A stretch of 64,000 nucleotides of DNA, taken from an uncultured bacterium (GTDB taxonomy: Bacteria; Verrucomicrobiota; Kiritimatiellia; PWTM01). Shown in pieces: positions 11,333 through 21,751 of the stretch. Position numbers and translations under genes: made by a program. The stretch's first letter is position 1; each line of letters opens with the position of its first letter. The stretch lies in contig CAVUUJ010000002.1 of the NCBI GenBank assembly GCA_963744655.1, positions 27,580 to 91,579 on the forward strand, given 5' to 3'. Below the pieces are notes generated by a model. The model worked only from the letters and a program-made list of their open reading frames with translations. It searched no databases and was not told the DNA's origin.

Positions 11333-11584
11333 TCACGCGCCCGGCTCCGCCGCCGCCGCGAGCAGGCGGGCGATCTCCCCGGCGTCCGGCACGCGGCCGG
11401 CGGTTTGTACCCGGCCGTCGACGAGCAGGGCGGGCGTGAGCATGACCCCCCGGGCCAGGATCTCCCGCAGTGGCTCGACCTTCTCCACTTTCGCGTCCAG
11501 GCCCAGGGCCGCCACGGCTTCCGCGGCGTTCGCCGCCAGCCGCCTGCATTTCGGGCACCCCGTGCCCAGCACCTCGATCTTCAT
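11333..11584 (-). CDS. Small thioredoxin-fold 'redox-active disulfide protein 2'-like protein
   Basis: 83 aa, MKIEVLGTGCPKCRRLAANAAEA...LTPALLVDGRV, with a CPKC motif. GGAAGGAGG SD upstream. Downstream of the permease gene. Confidence 0.8.
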   Translation of the reverse strand: MKIEVLGTGCPKCRRLAANAAEAVAALGLDAKVEKVEPLREILARGVMLTPALLVDGRVQTAGRVPDAGEIARLLAAAAEPGA

Positions 11585-11643
11585 CCGCCGGCCTCCTTCC
11601 CGCGCCCTTGCTCCCCCGCCGCCGCGCCCCCGGGCCCGGCCCG

Positions 11644-13023
11644 TCAGTTCATCCACGCCCCGTACGCCATCCCCGTCGCCGTCGCCATCGCCACCACGAG
11701 CGCCGCGAACGCGGCGGTCTTGCGCCCCCCGAGTATCGAGCGCAGGACGAGCAGGTTGGGCAGCGACAGCGCCGGCCCGGCGAGCAGCAGCGCGAGCGCG
11801 GGCCCCTGCCCCATCCCGCTGTCGAGCAGGCCGCGCAGGATCGGCACCTCCGTCAGCGTGGCGAAGTACATCAGGGCGCCGGACGCGGAGGCAAAGAGGT
11901 TGGTCCAGAGCGGCCACAGGCCCTGGAGCCAGCCGGGGACCGCCGCGGTGCCGCGGCCGGCGAGGGCCCACAGCGCGGCCGGCGAATCCCCCACCAGGGC
12001 GCTGACCCACGCGCTGGGCAGGATGCCCGCGTCGCGGCTCTCCGGGCTGCCCAGGAAGAAGCCCGCCGCCAGCACGCCCGCCAGCAGCAGCGGCAGGATC
12101 TGCTTCGCGAAGCCCCACGACGTCTCCGCCCACTCCCGCAGCTCGCCGCCGCCGGAGAACGCGAGCACCGCCAGCGCCGCCGACCCGGCCGTGAACGCGA
12201 CGGCCGGGTGCGCGGGGAAGGCGATCCCGAGCAGGACGGCCGGCAGGGCGGCCAGCACGACGCGCAGGGGCTTCGCGCCGAGGAAGCGCCACAGGCAGAC
12301 GGCCGTGCCCGCGGCGAAGCCCGAGGCCAGCGCCCACTTGGCCCGGTAGACGGCGTACCAGGCGCCGGACGTCCCCGCGGGGCTCGCCCAGTTGGCGAAG
12401 ACCAGCACCCCCGCCATCGAGCCGAAGAAGAGCGCGGTCTGCCAGAGCGGCCGGGGCGCACGCTCCCCGGCGGGCGGCGCCTCCCCGGCCGCCCCTTCCG
12501 CCCGGGCGCGCTCCCCGCGGCGGAAGAGCAGGTGCATGAGAAGACCGATCACCACGCTGAAGACGACGGCGCCCGCGGCGCGCGCAGCCCCGAGCTGCCA
12601 GCCGAGCACCCGCGCCGTGAGCACCACGGCCAGCACGTTGATCGCCGGGCCCGAATAGAGGAAGGCCACCGCCGGTCCGAGGCCGGCCCCGCGCAGGTAG
12701 ATCCCCCCGAAGAGGGGCAGCACGGTGCAGGAGCACACGGCCAGGATCGACCCGGACACGGAGGCCACGCCGTAGGAGAGCGCCTTGTTCGCGCGCGGCC
12801 CGAAGTAGCGCATCACGGCGGACGCGCTCACGAAGACCCCGATGGCGCCGGCGATGAAGAACGCGGGCACGAGGCAGAGCAGCACGTGCTCGCGCGCGTA
12901 CCACCGCGCCAGGCGCAGCGCCTCGATCACCGCGCCGCGGAACCGGGCCGACTCGACGGGCAGGAAGTACGCGCCGAGAAAGACGGCCAGGAGGACGAAC
13001 AGCACGCGCCGCTCCCCCTTCAC
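11644..13023 (-). CDS. Multi-pass permease (UPF0718/DUF318-like, the type usually paired with ArsR and a small thioredoxin)
   Basis: About 459 aa of strongly hydrophobic repeats (VCSCTVLPLFGG..., FATLTEVPIL...). The GTG start at 13023 overlaps the stop of the upstream ArsR gene (GTGA). Confidence 0.75.
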   Translation of the reverse strand: MKGERRVLFVLLAVFLGAYFLPVESARFRGAVIEALRLARWYAREHVLLCLVPAFFIAGAIGVFVSASAVMRYFGPRANKALSYGVASVSGSILAVCSCTVLPLFGGIYLRGAGLGPAVAFLYSGPAINVLAVVLTARVLGWQLGAARAAGAVVFSVVIGLLMHLLFRRGERARAEGAAGEAPPAGERAPRPLWQTALFFGSMAGVLVFANWASPAGTSGAWYAVYRAKWALASGFAAGTAVCLWRFLGAKPLRVVLAALPAVLLGIAFPAHPAVAFTAGSAALAVLAFSGGGELREWAETSWGFAKQILPLLLAGVLAAGFFLGSPESRDAGILPSAWVSALVGDSPAALWALAGRGTAAVPGWLQGLWPLWTNLFASASGALMYFATLTEVPILRGLLDSGMGQGPALALLLAGPALSLPNLLVLRSILGGRKTAAFAALVVAMATATGMAYGAWMN

Positions 13024-13331
13024 GCCCCCTCCCTCCCGCGCCGCCGTGCCCGGGCGCGCACGACCTCCACGGCGCAGTCGAACGCCTTCAGGATGCAGGG
13101 GGTTTCCAGGTGGTAGACGACCTTCGGGCCTTCGCGCCGGCCGCTCACGATGCCCGCCCGCTGGAGCGTCGCCAGGTGGCGCGAGACGTTCGACTGGTCC
13201 AGGTCGAGCAGCCCGTTCAACTCGCCCACGCACCGGTCGCCCCGCCGGAGCGCGTCCACCAGGAGCACCCGCGCCGGGTGCGCCAGCGCCCGCAGGATCG
13301 CCGCCCGTGCCGTTGCGCCCCCGTGTTTCAT
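13020..13331 (-). CDS. ArsR/SmtB-family metalloregulator
   Basis: 103 aa, ...ILRALAHPARVLLVDALRRGDRCVGELNGLLDLDQSNVSRHLATLQRAGIV..., first gene of the arsR-permease-thioredoxin module. Confidence 0.85.
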   Translation of the reverse strand: MKHGGATARAAILRALAHPARVLLVDALRRGDRCVGELNGLLDLDQSNVSRHLATLQRAGIVSGRREGPKVVYHLETPCILKAFDCAVEVVRARARRRGREGA

Positions 13332-13344
13332 GGCGACACCTTAT

Positions 13345-13364
13345 GCGTTTATGCGCATAAACGC
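13345..13364. promoter_or_regulatory. Perfect 20-bp palindrome upstream of the second arsR; candidate operator
   Basis: GCGTTTATGC|GCATAAACGC lies 14 nt upstream of the arsR start codon and is AT-rich relative to its surroundings. Confidence 0.5.
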
Positions 13365-13414
13365 AAGCCCCGGGAAAGCCGGGCAGGCGGGCGGCGCAGC
13401 CGCAAGGGCCCCGC

Positions 13415-16767
<3,353 letters not shown>

Positions 16768-16861
16768 GAGGCGCGCCGGCGCCGCCCCGTCCGCCCCCCC
16801 CGTCCGCCCCCGCGCCGTTGACACGGGACCTGCCCGGCGGCAGGCTGTCGGCACCTTCCCG

Positions 16862-16939
16862 GGGCGGTTAGCTCAGTTGGTTCAGAGCGTCTGGTTTACA
16901 CCCAGAAGGTCACAGGTTCGACCCCTGTACCGCCCACCA
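16862..16939 (+). tRNA. tRNA-Val (anticodon UAC), CCA encoded
   Basis: Acceptor GGGCGGT/ACCGCCC. D arm TAGCTCAGTTGGTTCAGAGC. Anticodon stem TCTGG/CCAGA with loop TTTACAC. T arm CAGGTTCGACCCCTG. Then ACCA. Confidence 0.9.
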
Positions 16940-17064
16940 CGTTTCCCGATGCCGGCCCCTGGCGCGTTCCCTGGCGGACAGGCCGCATGGGCGCGGGGCC
17001 GCACGCTTCCGGCGGGAGGGGCATGCCCTTCGCTTCGCGGCAGGCGCCTCGTCCCGCTCCGCCG

Positions 17065-17676
17065 TCAGGTCTTCTCCTTCGGGGGCGCGGCCAGCGACCT
17101 GATCCGCCTGTACCGGAAGCAGTCCGTCGTGTGGTCGTTCACCATCCCGACGGCCTGCATGAACGCGTAGCAGGTGGTGGGGCCCACGAAACGGAATCCC
17201 CGCCTTTTCAGGTCCCTGCTCATGGCTGCGGACTCCGCGGTGGCCGCGGGCAGCTCCGCAAGGCGGGTCCAGGCGTTCTGCCTGGGCGCACCGCCCACGT
17301 AGCGCCAGAGCCAGGCGTCGAGCGAGCCGAACTCGTCCCGCAAGCCGAGCGCGCACCGCGCATTCCCGATGACCGACTCGATCTTCAGGCGATGGCGCAC
17401 GATGCCGGGATCGGCGAGCAGCCGGCGCACGTCCGCCTCCGTGTAGCGCGCGATACGCCCGACATCGAAGGCGTGAAACGCCTCCCGGTAGCGGTTTCGC
17501 TTCTTCAGGATCGTCAGCCAGCTCAACCCGGCCTGCGCGCCTTCCAGGGCCAGGAATTCGAACAGGCGCGCGTCGTCGTGCACGGGCACGCCCCATTCGT
17601 CGTCATGGTACGCGACATACAGGGGGTCGCGGCCGCACCATGCGCACCTTCGTCTTGCTGGGCTACCGGGCGCCAT
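17065..17676 (-). CDS. tag: DNA-3-methyladenine glycosylase I
   Basis: ...RCAWCGRDPLYVAYHDDEWGVPVHDDARLFEFLALEGAQAGLSWLTILKKR... matches the Tag family over its full length. Confidence 0.9.
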   Translation of the reverse strand: MAPGSPARRRCAWCGRDPLYVAYHDDEWGVPVHDDARLFEFLALEGAQAGLSWLTILKKRNRYREAFHAFDVGRIARYTEADVRRLLADPGIVRHRLKIESVIGNARCALGLRDEFGSLDAWLWRYVGGAPRQNAWTRLAELPAATAESAAMSRDLKRRGFRFVGPTTCYAFMQAVGMVNDHTTDCFRYRRIRSLAAPPKEKT

Positions 17677-17697
17677 GGCTCGCGAGCCGGACCGGCG

Positions 17698-19134
17698 TCA
17701 GTGCAGCACGTCCGAATCGACCGCGGTCGAGTGGAAGCCCGGCCACCTGGCAACGCGACCCGGGCCGGCGACCGGCGGGCCCGGCTTCAGCTCGTCCCCC
17801 TCGACACACGGGCTGTCGTGCTCCTTCATGCGACGGATCAGCTCGCGGCGCATCGTCTCCCGCACGGCGCGCGCTTCCCCGCGGCCCGCCAGGTTGTGCC
17901 GTTCCTCCGGGTCCTCGCCCAGGTGGAACAGCAGCTCCTCGCCGCCGGCCCGGGCCCAGCTGTACTTGTAGTCGCCGCGGATGAGGCCGTGAAACTGGTC
18001 GGCCGTCACGCCGTAGAAATCGCGATCCACCGGGGTATCGACCAACGGCAGCAGGTCGGTGCCGTCGTGGTCTTCCGGGACGGGCGCGCCGGCCAGGTTC
18101 AGCATCGTCGGCAACAGGTCCGCCAGGCTCACGAGCGTGTGCGCTTTCCTGCCGGCCAGCGGGTGCCCCTTCCAGGGCGCGGCGGGAGGCCGCACGAGCA
18201 GGGGGACATGCGCGGAGCCTTCGAGGAACGTCGACTTGGCCGCCATGTGGTGGTCGCCGAGCATGTCGCCGTGGTCCGTCGTGAAGAAGATCCAGGTGTT
18301 CTCGAGCAGCTTCATCTCCCGCATCCGCGCGAAGAGCAGGCCCAGCTGGTAATCGACCTGCGTGATACAGGCGTAGTACGCCCGCTTCGCGTCCCTGATC
18401 TGGGCGGGGCTCATACGGTACGCGTTGTTGAGGCAGTACGTCGGCTCCAGGAACGCCTGCGGCGTGCTCTCGACCGTTTCGGACCAGTCGCCGGTCACGG
18501 GGTCCGGCACGTCCCGGTTCTGGTAGAGCGCCCAGTAGTTGGCGCACGGGTCCCACGGCGGGTGCGGCTTGGCGAAACTGGTCCAGAGGAAGAAGGGCCG
18601 CGTCTCGTCGCGCGTTTCAAGGAAATCGATCGAGCGCCGGACGGTCCAATGGGTGAGGCTGTGCGCCTCGTCCACGGTGGAGAGGACCGGCGTGATCTCG
18701 TTTTCCCCGACCCCGTGCTCCTTGGGCAGGCCGCCGCGCGGGTCGCGGAGCCGTTCGCGGTAGTAGTCCATGGGGAGTTCGACGTGCTCGAAACCGTAGT
18801 GGGCGCGCAGGGGATGAAAATGCATCTTCCCCTGGGCGCGGGTCTGGTAGCCGGCCCGCGTGAGGATACCGGGCAGCGTGGGACGGGTCTTCATCGGCAT
18901 GACCGCGTTGTGGTTGCCCGTCAGGCCGGTTCGAAAGCCGTGCTTCCCCGTCATGATCGTGGCCCGCGCGGGCATGCAGATGGGGGCGTCCGAGTAGGCC
19001 CGGGTGAAGACGGCCCCCTCGTCCACGAGCCAGTCCAGGTGCGGCGTGTAGATGTGCCGGTTGCCCAGGGCGGCTATCGTGTCCCAGCGCTGCTGGTCGG
19101 TCGTGATCAGCAGGATGTTCGGGCGGTCGCTCAT
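17698..19134 (-). CDS. Sulfatase (formylglycine-dependent arylsulfatase family)
   Basis: MSDRPNILLITTDQQRWD...SDAPICMPARATIMTGK contains the C-x-P-x-R site. An SD-like GGAAGGA precedes ATG 19134. The track's start at 19173 has no SD. Confidence 0.85.
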   Translation of the reverse strand: MSDRPNILLITTDQQRWDTIAALGNRHIYTPHLDWLVDEGAVFTRAYSDAPICMPARATIMTGKHGFRTGLTGNHNAVMPMKTRPTLPGILTRAGYQTRAQGKMHFHPLRAHYGFEHVELPMDYYRERLRDPRGGLPKEHGVGENEITPVLSTVDEAHSLTHWTVRRSIDFLETRDETRPFFLWTSFAKPHPPWDPCANYWALYQNRDVPDPVTGDWSETVESTPQAFLEPTYCLNNAYRMSPAQIRDAKRAYYACITQVDYQLGLLFARMREMKLLENTWIFFTTDHGDMLGDHHMAAKSTFLEGSAHVPLLVRPPAAPWKGHPLAGRKAHTLVSLADLLPTMLNLAGAPVPEDHDGTDLLPLVDTPVDRDFYGVTADQFHGLIRGDYKYSWARAGGEELLFHLGEDPEERHNLAGRGEARAVRETMRRELIRRMKEHDSPCVEGDELKPGPPVAGPGRVARWPGFHSTAVDSDVLH

Positions 19135-19397
19135 GGCCGGTCCTTCCGGCGGGGCATCCGGGAACCCCGGCACCTGCGGCGGGCCGCGGCGGCCGCATCT
19201 TTCCCCGCGTGGCGTTGCGAAAGCCCTCGCCGCGAAGGGCTATAGCCCACGGCGTCCCCGGTTGTCGAGTGTCGGCCGTCGGGCGGCGCCGGCCGGTCCG
19301 CCCCGTCCCGGAAACGCGCCGCCGGGTCAGCGGGCGGCCGGGCCCCGCCGTTCTCCGCTTGCCTGCGCGGGCGCCGTGCGGTACCGTCCTCTCCATC

Positions 19398-19497
19398 GAC
19401 AGGGGAGCGGCCGTTCTCCGGGAGAGAAGGCTGCTGAGATCCCGGCAAGGGAACCCTTTGAACCTGATGCGGTTCGTACCGCCGAAGGAAGTCGGCA
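19398..19497 (+). promoter_or_regulatory. TPP (THI-box) riboswitch aptamer
   Basis: ACAGGGGAGC...GGCUGCUGAGAUCCC...ACCCUUUGAACCUGAUGCGGUUCGUACCGCCGAAGGAAGUC contains the conserved CUGAGA, ACCC, GAACCUGAU, a P5 hairpin (GCGG/CCGC) and a CG-AGGGA-like tail, in the order seen in thiM-type TPP riboswitches. Boundaries are approximate. Confidence 0.7.
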
Positions 19498-19516
19498 TGC
19501 CTGACGCGCAACGGCC

Positions 19517-19546
19517 GACCCGCTCCCGGAGCGGGTCTCTTGTTTG
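19517..19546 (+). terminator. Intrinsic terminator / riboswitch expression platform
   Basis: GC-rich hairpin GACCCGCTCC..GGAGCGGGTC followed by TCTTGTTTG. It sits between the aptamer and the transporter start codon. Confidence 0.55.
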
Positions 19547-19588
19547 CGGAAAGCGCACCGGCTTCCGCACGAGGAGAGGAGCGCCGTT

Positions 19589-20245
19589 ATGACCGTCCCG
19601 GACCTGCCGATCGCCTCGATCCCCTGGCTGCACCTGCTCGGCTCCACGCCGCTGGAGGTGGCGGCCACCCTCGCCGCCGTGGCCGGCGTCTTCCTCATCG
19701 CGAGGCAAAACATCCTCGGCTGGCCGCTGGGCCTGGTCTGGGCGGGCCTGTCCGCGTACCTCGCGTTCACGAGCTGGCAGCTGGTCTCCGACGGGATCCT
19801 CTACCTCAGCTACATCCCGATCCAGGTCTACTGCTGGGCCGTGTGGGCGCGCCGCGGCGCCGCGGCCGAAGAGGCCCCGTTCGTCCCGACCTGGCTGCGG
19901 CGGCGGACGCAGCTCCTGCTGGTGGCGGCCGCGGCCGTCTCCATCGTGCTCTGGGCCCACGGCATCCGCGCCCTCGCGGACCGCGTGGCATGGATTCCCG
20001 AGCCCGCCCTGCTGTGGCGCGATGCCACCACCACGGTGCTCAACTACTTCGCCCAGTTCCTGCAGGCAAAGAAGCGCATGGAGAACTGGGTGGGCTGGAT
20101 GATCGTCAACCTGCTCGGCATCCACATCTACTGGGTCAAGCAATCGCCCGTTTACTCCATCCAGTACGCCTTCTTCCTCGGCCTGGGCATCTACGGCTGG
20201 GTGCAGTGGCGCACGTCGCAGCGGGCGGCGGCGGGCGCCGCATGA
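19589..20245 (+). CDS. pnuC: PnuC-family vitamin transporter; the riboswitch context suggests a thiamine-type PnuT
   Basis: 218 aa with GAGGAGAGGA SD. Pnu-family motifs are present (LIARQNILGWPLGLVW, NYFAQFLQAKKRMENWVGWMIVN, YGWVQW). Confidence 0.8.
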   Translation: MTVPDLPIASIPWLHLLGSTPLEVAATLAAVAGVFLIARQNILGWPLGLVWAGLSAYLAFTSWQLVSDGILYLSYIPIQVYCWAVWARRGAAAEEAPFVPTWLRRRTQLLLVAAAAVSIVLWAHGIRALADRVAWIPEPALLWRDATTTVLNYFAQFLQAKKRMENWVGWMIVNLLGIHIYWVKQSPVYSIQYAFFLGLGIYGWVQWRTSQRAAAGAA

Positions 20246-20295
20246 CCCGCCGCTCCAACCGCCGCGTATCCGCCCGTTCACCCGAAGGAGCACCC

Positions 20296-21042
20296 ATGAA
20301 GACCGCGACCACGACCGCCCTCCTCGCCGCCGGCTGCCTGGCCCTCGCCGCGCGCACCCCCGCAACGGCCGCCGAGCCCGCCCCGGCCGCCGCCTCCGCG
20401 TGGGAGGCGCTCGACACCTCGGTCACCCTGGGGTACCAGAGCCGCTACGTGCTCTACGGTTACCGGCTCACCCGCCACCTGTGGCACGCGGACGTGTTCG
20501 GCTACCTGCCGCTGAACGAGACCGTCTCCGCCTGGGCGGGAAGCTGGTACGGCTACCTGAACGACGGCACGTACCGCGAGGTGGACTTGTACGCCGGCCT
20601 GGACATCGCGCTCGGCGAACGCCTGGGCGCGGGCGTGGGCTACTCGCTGTTCAACTACCTGGAGGTCCCGTTCCCGTCCGACGACGTCTCGCACGAGTGG
20701 ATGGCGCGGCTCACCTTCACCTCCGGCCCGTTCGCCCTGACGCTGAAGGAGCAGTACGACACCGAAGCCGGGGGCCACCTGGTGCGGGCCGTCGCGTCGT
20801 TCGACCGGGCGCTGCACGGCCCGCTCTCGGTCTCGGCCGCCGCCGAGTACGGCCACGCGTTCGGCTACTTCATCGAAGGCGACGCCCCCAACCACGCGTT
20901 GTTCACCCTCCGGCTCCCGGTCCGCCTCGGCGCGTCGGCGACGGCCGCCCCCTTCGTCGCGCGCAGCCTGGCGCTGGACGCCATCGACGCCTTCGAGCGG
21001 GACGAGACCTACGGGGGTCTCGCGGTGACCTTCCCCTTCTGA
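20296..21042 (+). CDS. Secreted protein with alternating beta-strand pattern; putative small outer-membrane beta-barrel
   Basis: MKTATTTALLAAGCLALAARTPATAAEP signal peptide and GAAGGAG SD. Aromatic-rich alternating pattern with a C-terminal ...GGLAVTFPF (terminal Phe), typical of OM barrels. Confidence 0.6.
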   Translation: MKTATTTALLAAGCLALAARTPATAAEPAPAAASAWEALDTSVTLGYQSRYVLYGYRLTRHLWHADVFGYLPLNETVSAWAGSWYGYLNDGTYREVDLYAGLDIALGERLGAGVGYSLFNYLEVPFPSDDVSHEWMARLTFTSGPFALTLKEQYDTEAGGHLVRAVASFDRALHGPLSVSAAAEYGHAFGYFIEGDAPNHALFTLRLPVRLGASATAAPFVARSLALDAIDAFERDETYGGLAVTFPF

Positions 21043-21050
21043 GCCCGCCC

Positions 21051-21692
21051 GTGCGCGTAGTCCTCACAGGCCCGGAATCGTCGGGGAAGACGGCGCTGAC
21101 CGTCTTCCTGGCGGAGCGGTTCCGCGTGCCCTTCGCGCCGGAATACGCCCGCGCGTTCCTGGAGGCCCACGGCCCGGACTACACCTACGAGCTGCTGCTT
21201 GACATGAGCAGGGCCCACGTGGCGTTCCAGCGGGAGCGGGTCCCGGCGCACGCGCCCCTGGGCCTGCTGGACACCGACCTCCTCAACTACAAGGTCTGGT
21301 GCGAGGTCGTGTTCGGCCGCTGTCACGGGCCGATCCTGCGCGCCATCGAGCGGGAGTCGGACCACGTGTACCTCCTCTGCGCCCCCGACCTGCCCTGGGA
21401 GCCGGACCCGCTCCGGGAGAACCCGCACGACCGCGGCCGGCTGTTCGAGCGGCACCTGCGCGAGATCGAGCGTCTCGGCCGCCCCTACCGGACGGTCCGC
21501 GGGCGCGGGCCCGCCCGGTTCGCCGCGGCCGAGGCGGCTTTCCGCGAGCTGTGCGCCGGCGGCGCGGGCGGGCCGGACCGCGGCCCGCCCCCTGAACGCG
21601 GCCGGAGGGCGGCGGCGCGGCGTCCCCGCGCTGCCGCGCGCCCCGCAGAAAAGGCCTTGCCACGGGTTGCGGCGGGGTCCGCGTTCCGCTAG
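21051..21692 (+). CDS. P-loop kinase related to the ribosylnicotinamide-kinase (RNK) domain of NadR
   Basis: VRVVLTGPESSGKTALTVFLAERFRVPFAPEYARAFLE...LLDTDLLNYKVWCEVVFG...LLCAPDLPWEPDPLRE matches the NadR C-terminal AAA/RNK domain pattern. GTG start lies 9 nt after the preceding stop. The C-terminal 50 aa are low complexity. Confidence 0.65.
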   Translation: MRVVLTGPESSGKTALTVFLAERFRVPFAPEYARAFLEAHGPDYTYELLLDMSRAHVAFQRERVPAHAPLGLLDTDLLNYKVWCEVVFGRCHGPILRAIERESDHVYLLCAPDLPWEPDPLRENPHDRGRLFERHLREIERLGRPYRTVRGRGPARFAAAEAAFRELCAGGAGGPDRGPPPERGRRAAARRPRAAARPAEKALPRVAAGSAFR

Positions 21693-21751
21693 GTTCCGCC
21701 ACGTGGCGCCCCGGTGCGCCGGCAGCGGCACATGACGGGCACGGGATCATC

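Noticed and set aside
19544-19588. Upstream extension of the PnuC ORF (track start 19544).
   Set aside because: The extension would start inside the riboswitch terminator U-tract. ATG 19589 has a strong GAGGAGAGGA SD.
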